Positions 21,786-33,147 are shown, numbered from the whole stretch's first letter. The stretch is DNA of 56,494 bases, filler included, from Sanchytrium tribonematis (GCA_018985235.1; 4 parts of 4 records of this genome joined end to end with filler, not necessarily neighbours in it); one strand, 5' to 3'. Program-made: numbers and translations. Notes: generated from the letters alone by a model not told the origin.

Positions 21786-22091
21786 TTAGTTTACTAAATC
21801 GGAAATCTTCAGTCTACGAAACCCAGAGAGATCCTTTTCATGCAAAGTCATGTGTCTATTTCTTTCCTGATATCTTTTAAATGATTTGGAGCATACCGTG
21901 CATTGAAATGATCTCAATGGAATATGGGTTAAGAAATGCGCCTGCAAAGTCGCTTTTTTACGACAAATTCGCCCACAGCGATCCCATTCGCAGACGTATG
22001 GTGGTCGAATATCATGAGTTTTGGCGTGTGCGTATAAGTCAGCTAGATTATCAGTAATGTATAAACATCTGTTTTGCCATTTGCAGTGCAT
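21786..22091 (-). CDS. Minimal three-finger PacC/Rim101-like C2H2 protein
   Basis: CKW..C, CEW..C, HIPLRSFQC..CSKSFKRYQ. Confidence 0.75.
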   Translation of the reverse strand: MHCKWQNRCLYITDNLADLYAHAKTHDIRPPYVCEWDRCGRICRKKATLQAHFLTHIPLRSFQCTVCSKSFKRYQERNRHMTLHEKDLSGFRRLKISDLVN

Positions 22092-22295
22092 TCTCTCAAT
22101 TCGTGCTTTGCCTCTCTTTTCAATACCGATGCAAGCAAGTTATATTAAAATGCAAGAGATCCCAGCTTGCCATCCAATCATCCATTTACTTGACATGATG
22201 GCAAGACCTTTGCAAACCAACCCCAAGCGCCCATCCTCAGAATCTCACAATCCGCGTGTTGCAAATCTCTCAAATAATTTTCCAAACTCTCCAAA

Positions 22296-22932
22296 ATGTC
22301 CAACCCAATGCAAATGAATGGAGCTGCCTGTCTCGCCGTCAAAGGCAACCAATGTGTCTCATTAGCCACTGATTTAAGATTCGGCCAACAATTACTCACC
22401 CTAGGCACCAATTTCTCCAAAATCCACAAAGTCAATTCCAAAGTATTAGTTGCATTCCCCGGATTAGCCACGGATACCCAACAATTAATGCAATTACTTA
22501 AGTATCACACCAATATCTACTCTTTAGAACATCATAGAGAAATTACCGCCAAAGAATGCGCCAATTTAATTTCTCATTTATTATATGAAAAACGATTTGG
22601 TCCGTATTTCGTTGAGCCCATTGTTTGTGGCTTTGATGCAGATAATCAGCCATTTATCTGTTCTATGGATGTCATTGGATGTATTAATTACGCCAATGAT
22701 TTTGTCGTAGGAGGCACCGCAGAACATTCTTTATTTGGAATGGCAGAGAATCTAGTGAGTGACAATTTAAATCCTGATGAATTATTTGAATGTACCAGTC
22801 AATGTATGCTAAATGGCGTAGATAGAGACGCATTTAGTGGATGGGGCGTAGAAGTCATTATTCTGTAATTTAATTTCATTTAGAACACCCACCAAAATGA
22901 TTACAAAGAGATTAAGAGGCAGAATGGACTAG
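22296..22932 (+). CDS. PUP3: Proteasome subunit beta-3 (intron 22865-22883)
   Basis: LYEKRFGPYFVEP, DRDAFSGWG; splicing restores the C-terminus ...RLRGRMD. Confidence 0.95.
22865..22883 (+). other. 19-nt spliceosomal intron
   Basis: gtaatttaatttcatttag; removal restores the conserved RMD terminus. Confidence 0.93.
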
Positions 22933-23022
22933 AGAATAAATACTTGTGCTAAATAATCTACAACCAATCAAATTTACAAAGGATCCCTCATTTTCTATTT
23001 ATTCCGTGATTTCCCATTCTTC

Positions 23023-23268
23023 ATGTTGAACATGTTTCAATTCGTAGTATTTGCAATAAGTGCTCCAAAACCAGCTGATGGATTATGTGGATGGCGATAT
23101 GGTAATTCTATATGTGCAAATGGTCAAAATTGTAGTCCATGGGGATATTGTGTGAACTCGCAAGTAGGATGTCAAAAAGAGTATAGTTCTGGTAATTGTA
23201 ATCCACCTAGTACTGGATTACCCGTATTGGGAAATAGTCCACAACCAGTTGGATTGCCGACTAAATAA
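23023..23268 (+). CDS. Small secreted CBM18/hevein-like chitin-binding protein
   Basis: Short signal-like N-terminus; CGWRYGNSIC...CSPWGYC...GCQ..C. Confidence 0.7.
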   Translation: MLNMFQFVVFAISAPKPADGLCGWRYGNSICANGQNCSPWGYCVNSQVGCQKEYSSGNCNPPSTGLPVLGNSPQPVGLPTK

Positions 23269-23289
23269 ATAGTTGCTATTGAAAAAGAT

Positions 23290-23979
23290 TTAAAAAGTGG
23301 TTGGAAGTGTGCCAAATGAGGCATCAAATTGATTTTGGCCCATATCAATGCATTTTTGATGGTTTTCAACATCATTTGCACAAACCATTTGTTGATCATT
23401 TCCATAAATAACAGAAATTGAGTTAACGTTTTTTAAGTTTTCCATAACTGTCCAATTTTGTACTCTAAAATCAGTGTTGCTACATAATATAGCTAAACTA
23501 CTCGTACCATCTGGATTCATCGCCAAAACGCACATGAATTGCCAGCTAGTCGGAAATCTAACTTCCTTGACACCGTAGACAAGCATCACATTGGTCGATA
23601 TAATGGTGTGTTTCTCAAAATCAACATCCCCACAAATCAAAATTCCGTCTCTACTTACAATGCAAATCGTATCACCATGAAAATCAAGTGTATGAGGGAT
23701 AAAGAATTTTGAATCTGAATTGACATGTTGGCCTAAGAAAATGCGGCCTGATGGTAAAATACCGGATAACGTCATTCGAGTCATGTTTGAATTTGGACTT
23801 TGGCAATAAATAAATGAATTGACATTCACTCTGCAACTATATGCTCCATCTTCATATTTGTGATATGCAACATATTCTTTTGGATTTGAAGTTAGTGTAG
23901 AATCATCATATCCCACAATATCCAGTTCCTCATCAACTCCTTGTTGTGGTAATGCCGCCAATAAAGTGATAAAAATCAT
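23290..23979 (-). CDS. Putative secreted Cys-containing beta-rich protein
   Basis: 229 aa; MIFITLLAAL leader; paired cysteines. Confidence 0.5.
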   Translation of the reverse strand: MIFITLLAALPQQGVDEELDIVGYDDSTLTSNPKEYVAYHKYEDGAYSCRVNVNSFIYCQSPNSNMTRMTLSGILPSGRIFLGQHVNSDSKFFIPHTLDFHGDTICIVSRDGILICGDVDFEKHTIISTNVMLVYGVKEVRFPTSWQFMCVLAMNPDGTSSLAILCSNTDFRVQNWTVMENLKNVNSISVIYGNDQQMVCANDVENHQKCIDMGQNQFDASFGTLPTTF

Positions 23980-24310
23980 CTCGTTATGAAGTTGGGAATC
24001 TTACCTTTTTATGTTGTCAATTGTTAAACTCACAGAATTTGGTAAAATATCCAATATACACAGGACCGTTGAAGAAGTGGTAAACTCGATATAGATTCTT
24101 GCACAAATCAGAATCAAATGATGATATTAGTTGGATTTCGAGTCCCAGTTGTGAAAATCACCATGTTTTTTACAATGAATAGTTGCATCACAAGTACCAC
24201 CCAGTCACTCCCAAGTCATCTGCTAAAATCCAATAAAATCCATTTCAAATCATCTTGTACAACCAATCAAATTATTACAAAAGCCTATTAAAGCGATCAT
24301 TGTAAAGCAT

Positions 24311-25510
24311 TTATTCGTCACTCTTTCTTTTTTGAGGTACACTGCAATCAATTAAAAGACTATTTGAATTCTCATCCAATTCAGGACTCAGAATTCTCTT
24401 AATATTTTTGATTTTCAATAATTTGCTAGCCACTACTTTTTTACCTAATGCATTGGCATGTTTAGCACCGTCAACGTTGCAATCTTTTAAACATGACTCA
24501 ATCACACTCCAATTCAAATCTTCATTGGTGTTTAATTGTGTTGCTTCATTCTGCAATAAGAAATCAAAGAAATTGGCAGGTAGTTTGTTTATAAACTGGA
24601 CCTGTTGACTCTTAAATATTTGTGGATATTTTAGTAAAGTTGATAAAACTACAGATCCAATAGTTTCCTTGTAAATATTCTCAATGCAAATGCCTTTTGG
24701 CTTTAATTTACAGTTTCTATAGTCATAATCATTAAAATAATAATGAGTGGTAAATTCGATGCCGAAAATATTATTAAAGGGAATCATAGTATCCTTTAAA
24801 AATTCAACCGTGTGGTTTCTTAAACTACCAGATTGAGACTTGGAATGTGGGTTTGATTTTTTCAAATTATAAAAGATTTTCTCAGTTCCCTCTTCTTGGA
24901 TGTAAAATGGACCTCCTCGTTTAAAGGGATCAAATTCCAAATCACGAAGTGTATCAAATATCTTTTCTGTCACGAGGATCCTGGAAGCACTATCTGTCTT
25001 ACTATAATCTATCGTTTCTAACCAGTAATACTTGTAAACATTTCTTTTAGTCTTAATATCTTTGAAAATTCCTTCGTTTCCCCACCATTTACAAAGCAAT
25101 TTCACTGGTCCAAAAGCATCGTTGTCACGAACGAATGGAGCTAGCCAAATGGCCTTCGTTCCAACTACATCATCATACTTTTTCAAATGAGGAAGAAAGT
25201 CTTTATTGCACACCTCGAATTTAAATTGGGGATTTATAACGGAGCAATCTGTAACCAATCTAGGCTTCAAATTCTGATCACAAATACGTGTCAATTCATG
25301 AATGTGTGTTCTATGAACTAGATTGGCGTCGTGAAATTTGTCACTCTCATCTCCCCTAAATAATTGGTAATCCTCAATTCTTGTTGATCCCAAGGCGGAT
25401 TTTTCAACATCTTCAGCTGGAAATGATTTTGGTATCCAATGTGTATATTCATAACTCTTAAATTTAGTATATCCCAAAAAAATAGAGTTGGACTCGTCTG
25501 CTCGATCCAT
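24311..25510 (-). CDS. Hypothetical protein
   Basis: Long intronless ORF; start placed at MDRADES because the upstream start overlaps the Ras stop. Confidence 0.55.
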   Translation of the reverse strand: MDRADESNSIFLGYTKFKSYEYTHWIPKSFPAEDVEKSALGSTRIEDYQLFRGDESDKFHDANLVHRTHIHELTRICDQNLKPRLVTDCSVINPQFKFEVCNKDFLPHLKKYDDVVGTKAIWLAPFVRDNDAFGPVKLLCKWWGNEGIFKDIKTKRNVYKYYWLETIDYSKTDSASRILVTEKIFDTLRDLEFDPFKRGGPFYIQEEGTEKIFYNLKKSNPHSKSQSGSLRNHTVEFLKDTMIPFNNIFGIEFTTHYYFNDYDYRNCKLKPKGICIENIYKETIGSVVLSTLLKYPQIFKSQQVQFINKLPANFFDFLLQNEATQLNTNEDLNWSVIESCLKDCNVDGAKHANALGKKVVASKLLKIKNIKRILSPELDENSNSLLIDCSVPQKRKSDE

Positions 25511-25578
25511 CTGTTTCAAAAAAGAATTGGGGAGCGGGAAGCAAAAGAAGAAGCCAAGGCGTGAATATTCATTTATTT

Positions 25579-26205
25579 TCACAAGATAATGCATTTTTTA
25601 GTTCTTCCTTTCTTTTTAATATCTGAATCTGGATCATTATGTCTAAATTTCCTAATTTCTCTGACCAAGGTATAATAACATTCATTAACGTTTGTTCTTA
25701 ATTTTGCACTGGATTCGAAAAACTTAGAATTCCATGATTTGGATAAATCCTTGCCTTCTTGGGTACTCACTTGTCTTTCACTCTCCATGTCGCATTTATT
25801 ACCGACTAAAACAATTGGGAAATACTCTAAATCGACTACTCTAAGTATTTGGTCATGGAAACTGGATGTTTCTTCAAATGTGCTTCGTTGTGTAATGGAA
25901 TAAACGAGTAAAAATCCATCTCCAGTTCTCATATATTGCTCTCTCATCGCGCTATACTTTATAAATAATAAATTACTTCTTCTTGACCAGCTGTATCCAA
26001 AATATCAAGTAATACGACTTCTTCATCAATCACGCATTGTTTACGGTACGAATCTTCAATAGTTGGACTAAATAAATGTAAAATACTCGTATTCATCTTC
26101 AAAACGCGATAATATAAATTGGATGGTTAATGCGGATTTGCCTACTCCTCCACTACCCACTGTGACTATTTTATACTTTAATACGCTTTCATCTTGTTTT
26201 CCCAT
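25579..26205 (-). CDS. RAS: Ras GTPase (introns 26068-26086 and 25957-25976)
   Basis: [39 protein letters not shown] CaaX box; 588 nt in frame. Confidence 0.96.
25957..25976 (-). other. 20-nt spliceosomal intron
   Basis: gtaatttattatttataaag; removal restores GQEEYSAMR. Confidence 0.93.
26068..26086 (-). other. 19-nt spliceosomal intron
   Basis: gtattttacatttatttag; removal restores YDPTIED. Confidence 0.95.
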
Positions 26206-26859
26206 ACTTTGAAGTAGTGTTTCAAAAAATGTAAAAGAATTTTTGAAACAGTATTTCACGCGAATGAAATCTTTCATCCTCTAAACTGCATTCTTAAGAA
26301 ACTTTTGAATGAATCAAGCCAGTCAAAAACATCAAATCAACTCATTTATTCTATTTCTACGTGGTTTAAGCCTCTTTTACTGGTTCTGCTCCCTTCTAAT
26401 GCGTCTCATGATGAGCCATCCTTTCAATTCATACTTTAAAATCCCAATCCATTTCTCTAGTTGATGTAATGGTGTCATGCTGATGTGATTTGATTCGAAT
26501 GATATCTGATGAGCTAGCCAATCAATGCGTCTCAAGTAAACACGTCGTCAGATCGAGTCTATGGGTGAAATGTGGACAAAGGACTGTCATTTTAAGTCAT
26601 AATTTGACAGTATTGAACTCTCAAGTATCCTTGAGCATGTAGAATCCCAATAAATCGTGTTCAATCCATCAAGTTTAGATTCGTCTCCGCATTTTAAATT
26701 TTCAATCATAGAAAAACCAAATATAGTTCAACTTGGAGGTAGGGTAGCAGAGAACATGTCGTACCAATGACGAGGGGGGTACGTCCGAATATAATCCGAC
26801 TATTTGGTCACGTTTTCGGAGAGTTTACTTTAAAAAGACTCACCATCCCCTCCATTTCA

Positions 26860-27093
26860 ATGAAAGCGACCACGAATCTATTCAGCTCTGGAAGAGAACA
26901 AGTCGATATGATGTTGAATATCCCTAATCAGCCTACGATGGTGACATATAATAACGAGTTAAAGTCGATCCAGCACCCACTGGTTTACCTCATCTTTGAT
27001 CCACTGTTGAAGGAGAAATATGCAAGAAAAACAAAGAAAGTTGAACGAAATGAGAAAAGAAAAGGAAGCATTTCCAGTTTATTGAATGAATAA
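26860..27093 (+). CDS. Orphan microprotein, tandem copy 1
   Basis: Shares GR..V..M..IP..PT.V.Y..SIQHP.V...FD..L with copies 2 and 3. Confidence 0.75.
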   Translation: MKATTNLFSSGREQVDMMLNIPNQPTMVTYNNELKSIQHPLVYLIFDPLLKEKYARKTKKVERNEKRKGSISSLLNE

Positions 27094-27225
27094 TAAATGT
27101 TTTGGATGGATGAGATGGATCAATTTTATTCCCTGAATTTGAATTTTTGAAAGACGTGGTGACGTGGTCACGCCTTTGTCACGTCTCACATAAAAACGCA
27201 CCAATGCCCCCCTCCAACGTGGTTC

Positions 27226-27444
27226 ATGTCTTTGATTTCAAATTTATTCAGCGGTGGTAGACAGAGAGTAGATCAAATGCTGAATATTCCAAAGCAACCG
27301 ACTTTAGTAAGCTATAAAAACCAAAAGAGCATTCAACATCCCATCGTATTTCCTATATTTGACGAGATACTACAAGACAGGCAAGATGGAATGAAGATTT
27401 ATCCATCAGAAAAGCTTAGAATCTCTTTTATTCTGAATAAGTAA
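27226..27444 (+). CDS. Orphan microprotein, tandem copy 2
   Basis: Same motif; ends RISFILNK. Confidence 0.75.
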   Translation: MSLISNLFSGGRQRVDQMLNIPKQPTLVSYKNQKSIQHPIVFPIFDEILQDRQDGMKIYPSEKLRISFILNK

Positions 27445-27632
27445 AATAAATAGACTTAATTTCATATTTATTAATACAGATCCAATATTTCATCTCATAA
27501 TCGATCTAAATCCAAATCAAACTGATATTCCGGTCCAATTGCCCCTACTCTATCACATCGCCGGGATCTGAATCGGACCACTAAGGCTCTTATCTAAAAT
27601 CCGCCATTTCACCGTCACTCCACTGGGTTTCC

Positions 27633-27854
27633 ATGACATCTAATGCTTCGTCTGCAGGTCGCCAACATGTTGAAAAGATGAAGAGCGTACCACATTGTCC
27701 CACTCTTGTCAAATACAATGGATTAATGAGCGTGCAACACCCAATGGTCTTTGGTTTATTTGATCCGATTTTAAAACATACCAAAAAGTGCAAGAAATCT
27801 CGTTACCATTTGAGAAAGAACAAGTATTTAGTGGCAAATCTTTTGAATAAATAA
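27633..27854 (+). CDS. Orphan microprotein, tandem copy 3
   Basis: Same motif; ends LVANLLNK. Confidence 0.72.
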   Translation: MTSNASSAGRQHVEKMKSVPHCPTLVKYNGLMSVQHPMVFGLFDPILKHTKKCKKSRYHLRKNKYLVANLLNK

Positions 27855-27860
27855 TCTTGT

Positions 27861-28271
27861 TTATTCATGTGGCTCGGCAATCTTTTCCCATTTCTCTTTT
27901 AAAACAGGAAATAAATTATCACTGATTTTCTTTCGGCACTCTTTGAACTTGTCGTGCATTTGATCTGTATAAACACCCAATACTTGATTTCCATTCTCCT
28001 CCATGTATCTTGTAATGACTTGTTCCATCATGAGTAATGCTCTTTGCTCTGACATGGTGATTTTATAAGGGTCTTCATTAATCATACTGTAAGCTAGATT
28101 AATGTACGTACGATACACGATCTGAAAGTCCTCCTGGCTGGTAATCACATGTATCAATATTGATAATAGTCGCTCATGTTCCTCTTCTCCCAATACGACG
28201 TTATTTTGCTGATTCGTTGCAAACATCTTTTGAAGGGGTCCGAGGATGTGTTTTTGGCGAAATAAAATCAA
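27861..28271 (-). CDS. Hypothetical protein (start uncertain, next to contig end)
   Basis: 136-aa helical-looking ORF. Confidence 0.4.
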   Translation of the reverse strand: MILFRQKHILGPLQKMFATNQQNNVVLGEEEHERLLSILIHVITSQEDFQIVYRTYINLAYSMINEDPYKITMSEQRALLMMEQVITRYMEENGNQVLGVYTDQMHDKFKECRKKISDNLFPVLKEKWEKIAEPHE

Positions 28272-28293
28272 TGAGACGCAAAATAAAACAGTG

Positions 28294-28393
28294 NNNNNNN
28301 NNNNNNNNNNNNNNNNNNNNNNNNNNNNNNNNNNNNNTTAATTAATTAANNNNNNNNNNNNNNNNNNNNNNNNNNNNNNNNNNNNNNNNNNNN
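28294..28393. other. Artificial contig spacer
   Basis: N44-TTAATTAATTAA-N44. Confidence 0.97.
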
Positions 28394-29848
28394 CTAAGAA
28401 GTTCCGTATCACTACTTGACTTGATATTAGATGATAGTAGTAAACAATTTTTTATGCTTCTTAAAAAAAATTCCCCTCTTTTGAGCAAGGACTCTATATC
28501 GGAAGATGTCAAAGATTTTCTTTGCTGCCGGTACGGAGTCAAAAAAGAAGGAAACACAATCGACTTGATATTATTTTTGTTGCAAAATGACAAGATTTGT
28601 TCAACAGCTTGTATAATCGAGTCTTTGGGTTTCAAATCGTAGTCTGTGTCTTCACAGATCACATGGAAAACAATGTGTGTGGTGGGAAGGTTGGAATGAA
28701 TTGTATAGAAAAAGTCACCTTCGTTAAAATTATTTCGACTTTGATTTCGTATGCTGTCTAATTGGCTGTCAACTTCTGGAAATAAAATATCTACTGCAGA
28801 AACGGATGCCCTGAGAAAGTCTAATTTAGTAAAATTTACCGTAATTGTAAACTGAAAGTCTTTCCAAATTCAATGTGTAACCTTGCAAATACTTCTTGAT
28901 CTGTCTTTTGGGCACCATTAAAACAACTGCATGGATCAGATTGTCCATAATATTGTTAATAGTCTGTGATCGAATCCCTTTCAAAAATATTCTTTCTACA
29001 GGATTAGTAAAAATTGTCTTTAGATTTCCAACGATTAGTTTAAAATTGTAAGGCATTCTCAATTGACGGCCCATATTTACGGTAATATTTTCCTCTCTGT
29101 GAGGACGACCTGGTGACGTGGGAAGGTCATTTTCGACCTTTTTATTGGAGAAAAAGCTTGTCAATTTGTCTAATGCTTTTTCTTCCATGCTCAAGCTATT
29201 TTTAGAGGTTGATTTTTTCAATGATTTGTAAGTGTATTTGTCCTGGTTTTCGAGAAGGTCATTAATTGCAAGTTCAACATCACCCTTGTTTAAAGTTAAG
29301 GAAACTTCACTTGTTTCGCGTAAAAATCCCATGGCAACAAGTCTATCCATCTTTAATTCCCACTCTTGAGGTCTAAGGAATTCTTTTGAGGTTATTATCA
29401 ACTCTTCTTCACTAGTGTTAATTGATTCTAAGACCTGATCGAATTCATTTTTTTTCATTTTTAAAAATTTAGAATAATTATTTATCCATTGCGCAAACTG
29501 TACTGCCCCGAGATCGTTCTGATCCATGAGAAATTTTTGATCTAATTCGTCCAGATCTTTTATGAGATGTTGACACTCATAAATTGATTCTAAATCAAAC
29601 GCAGTCCACTTTTCAATAAAATCAGAGTATTTTTCAACAACATTAGTAAGTTTTGATTTTCCTTGTATTTGGCTTTTGAAAATTTTATCTTGTTCTAAAA
29701 ATACCATTCTGGTTGGTTGAACAGGTGCAATTTTATGACAAATTTCTAAGATACTGCAGCCATTTTTAATTGTGAATCTCATTGAATTTTCTCTGTGTTT
29801 AATAGTAACGTGTAGGTCTTTTGGATTAGATACAAGAAGTTTGAACAT
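28394..29848 (-). CDS. C12orf4/FERRY3-like protein with UBA-like insert (3' partial; intron 28821-28839)
   Basis: MGRQLR..YN, spliced GDFFYTIHSNLPTTHIVFHV, KRGEFFLRSIK; UBA-like RLVAMGF...GDVELAINDLL. Confidence 0.7.
28821..28839 (-). other. 19-nt spliceosomal intron
   Basis: gtaaattttactaaattag; removal opens the frame into the HSNL motif. Confidence 0.88.
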
Positions 29849-29887
29849 ATAATAAAGGAGCAACGAAAATTTCTCCTTGAAAGAAAA

Positions 29888-30727
29888 ATGACATGGTTTC
29901 GTGAAAAACAACAATTGTGGAAAGGTCAACAAATGTCTCTAGAGATTGAAGAAATGCTATATGAGGGAAGATCTAAATATCAGGATTTGAAAATATTCCA
30001 GTCTTCCACCTATGGGAGAGTTCTAGTTCTAGATGGAGTAATTCAATGTACTGAAAAAGACGAATGTAGCTATCAAGAGATGTTGGCACATCTTGCCATG
30101 AGATCTCATTCAAATCCCAATTCAGTGTTGGTTATCGGTGGGGGAGATGGTGGAATTATTAGAGAAATCCTTAAATATAAACGAGTTGTAGATATTCACA
30201 TTTGTGAAATTGATGAATTAGTAATTGAGAAATGTAAAGAATTTATTCCCAGCATGGCATCCTCATTTGATGATAAGCGGGTTTCTATTCACATAAGGGA
30301 CGGATTTGAATTTTTAAAAGAAAACAAATGTAAATTTGATGTTATCATTACTGATTCAAGTGACCCTGTGGGCCCAGCAGAAACCTTGTATCAGCCAAGC
30401 TTTTTTGAATTAGTGCATTCAGCTCTAAAGCAGGATGGTATTTTTACTCAACAAGGTGAGTGTATGTGGCTTCACTGTGATCTTATAAAAACTTTCATGA
30501 ACAATCTCAAAAGCAGCGGATTTTGTCAAGTAGAATACGCTTGGACTTCAGTTCCTACATATCCCTGTGGAACAATTGGTTTTCTAGTAGCCTCCAAGTC
30601 TAATGTGGGAGATGTTAGAATTCCAACTGATAATCACGATCTTATGAATCTTAAATTTTACACTCCTGAATTACATAAAGCCAGCTTTGTAAAGCCAAAG
30701 TTTGTAATGGATGCGTTAAAACAATAA
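29888..30727 (+). CDS. SPE3: Spermidine synthase
   Basis: LVLDGVIQCTE, VLVIGGGDGG, IITDSSDPVGPA, VPTYPCG. Confidence 0.96.
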   Translation: MTWFREKQQLWKGQQMSLEIEEMLYEGRSKYQDLKIFQSSTYGRVLVLDGVIQCTEKDECSYQEMLAHLAMRSHSNPNSVLVIGGGDGGIIREILKYKRVVDIHICEIDELVIEKCKEFIPSMASSFDDKRVSIHIRDGFEFLKENKCKFDVIITDSSDPVGPAETLYQPSFFELVHSALKQDGIFTQQGECMWLHCDLIKTFMNNLKSSGFCQVEYAWTSVPTYPCGTIGFLVASKSNVGDVRIPTDNHDLMNLKFYTPELHKASFVKPKFVMDALKQ

Positions 30728-30740
30728 AGTATCAATGTTT

Positions 30741-32949
30741 TTATTCCTTCTGTAAAATGTCTTTGACTAAATGACTAATTGCAGCTTCGTATGCACTAGG
30801 TAAATGATCACTAAGCATAGTTTTCGCAAAATTTAATCCACCAAAAACCTCGTCAACATCCTCTACAATGTCCATGCTAATCAAAACCTGCTCCGTCTCA
30901 TGAAAAAATGAGGATCCAATTGAATCATTTGAATACAATCGGGATGTTGTAGCAGCAGAAGGATAAAAAGATTGAGCTGCCCAGTTAGTGAAAGAGCTTA
31001 GGGTTGACGTTGCGGCTTTAGTAGCATGTGATGCAGCACCTGAAATGTATGATACTGGGGCCATGGCATTGGAGGCCAAGTTCGACACTATCCCAGATTT
31101 GGCTTCATTCTGCACTACATTGTCTGGTTCTTCCACGACTATTGCTTGAATACTTTTGGGAACTCGCTTATTTATAGAGCGACATCTTATCCAAATAACC
31201 TTTCCTGGGGGATATAACTTTGTTGCATTCATTCTTTTCTTCATTCCCAAATATGTTTTCCAAGTCCATTCATCGGTAATTGATTCGCTTATGTCTAAAC
31301 CTAAAGCATTGGAAATAATTTTCTCACAAGTGTTTACCTCTTCATTTTCCGTTAAGTATGTCATCATATGCTTCAAATCTTGGACAAGCCCTAAACTTAA
31401 AGTTGGAACCATATCACTACCATGAACAACTGATGTGATTAAGTTTCGGCACTTGTTCGCCAGTTCCCTGTCGCCAATACATGGAACTCCAAAGGTAAAG
31501 CATTTAATCTTTCTGTGTGGCAACTGATCAAATGTAAAATGAGATGCAACTTTTGAATTTAACACATCACTCCATAAAATTGATAATATTGCAGCTATTC
31601 CTCCTCCAAGAGAATGTCCCGTCAAAACTAAATTGTAACCCTCAAAATATTCCATAGCTTGTTTGACTTCTGACAAAATAGCAGTGGAAACCTTTTTAGC
31701 AGATTCAAACATTCCTTTATGAAATTGAAAATTTTCAAAGGTCACATATTCACAAGTAAAGTCAGTTAAAGCATCAGAAAGCCCCATTGTCCCTCTCAAG
31801 GTTAATACTACTACCTCATTTTCATGGTCCACTGACAAATAATATACTGTAGGACCCATAAGATTTTCAATTTTGTTGGCTTTCAAACTATCAAGGGTTT
31901 GATCGGAAGCATGTATGGGATGAGAGCCAATATTAGCCATTTGAAAGGTACTTGCCAGAACATCTTTAGCGGTAATTCCAACTTTATGTGCAAAAGCCCA
32001 GTGATTTGGGTGCGATATATCACCGTATACACTTGGAACTTTTTTAACACCAAAAATGCGCATAAACCTTTTTCCTTAATTAATATTTTGTACCATATGC
32101 TGCTAAAGAATAATTCATGTAAGTCTGAAGTTCAAGGAGAAGTTTTCGGTCTAACTTTCCCTTATATTTATCCAATATATCATAGTGGTTAATAATACTA
32201 GGAACTGATTTCGGTTTCAGACTTTCAATTGATGGACTTTTGAGAAGTGAATTCAAACTTGTGCGCTTCATTTCAAGTCTCATGGCATTTTCTGGTGCCA
32301 TTTCTTGCGCGAATGCTATTTGAGGTAAATTTCGTTCAATATCTTCTTCGTATTCTTGAAGAAGGGCATCCTCATCCTCATATAATTCGTCCACTTTCGA
32401 ATTGACTATTGCGTGGCCTAAATGATCCAACTGAAAGTCTGACAAAAGCCTATGATATACATTAAATTGCAACAATGAATATGCTATTAAGCATTTCGTA
32501 ATGGTACCCGTTATTGCAACTTTTGCGAAAACTCCTGTACTTTCAGGACATAATTCTTTTTGAAGTAATTCGACCACAGCCGCCAACGCCCTAGAGGTTT
32601 CTGTCGAGCCGAACAGTCCATCAACTAATTTACATAATTCCTCGGCAGCCTGGCTAGAAATTCTGGTTGAAGCTGTTGCTAGATTTAAAGTGGTCATGGT
32701 AATCAGTTCCGTCAAATTAAAAGCATGGTGAATAACGGTAGCTCCAAGGGATGAATAGTTTTCGAGATGCTGTGGATTGTAAACCGCACTACTTAAAAAT
32801 GAACGACTATTGTTTATAGAGCTTTCCGCTGTGTATCTCAAAGCTTCAATACTCGCTTCTATCATCAAAGCACAACACCTTATAGATAACCGAGTATAAT
32901 TGCTGGCTTTAGTTATTGTATTCGCAATGGAAGGAAACAATGGCTCCAT
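30741..32949 (-). CDS. Class 3 lipase, diacylglycerol-lipase-like (intron 32075-32093)
   Basis: LRGTMG, HKGM, GHSLGGG, DMVP, DHLP; spliced AAYG-KRFM. Confidence 0.85.
32075..32093 (-). other. 19-nt spliceosomal intron
   Basis: gtacaaaatattaattaag; gives a 2190-nt in-frame CDS. Confidence 0.88.
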
Positions 32950-33147
32950 TAAGTAAAAGGGGTGAAATCCTGTGATCAGAATTTATTAAATAGTGTCACT
33001 ATTACGCAAGCTAGTCCGACGTATGATATTTCGTGGATTTTGCAGGCAATGGCTTTCAAACTTAATTTACTTTGCAAATTACTGCGGTATATGATTTGCG
33101 AATCAAGGGTGTTACGGTACATTTCGAGGGAGTAACACGGATTGGAG

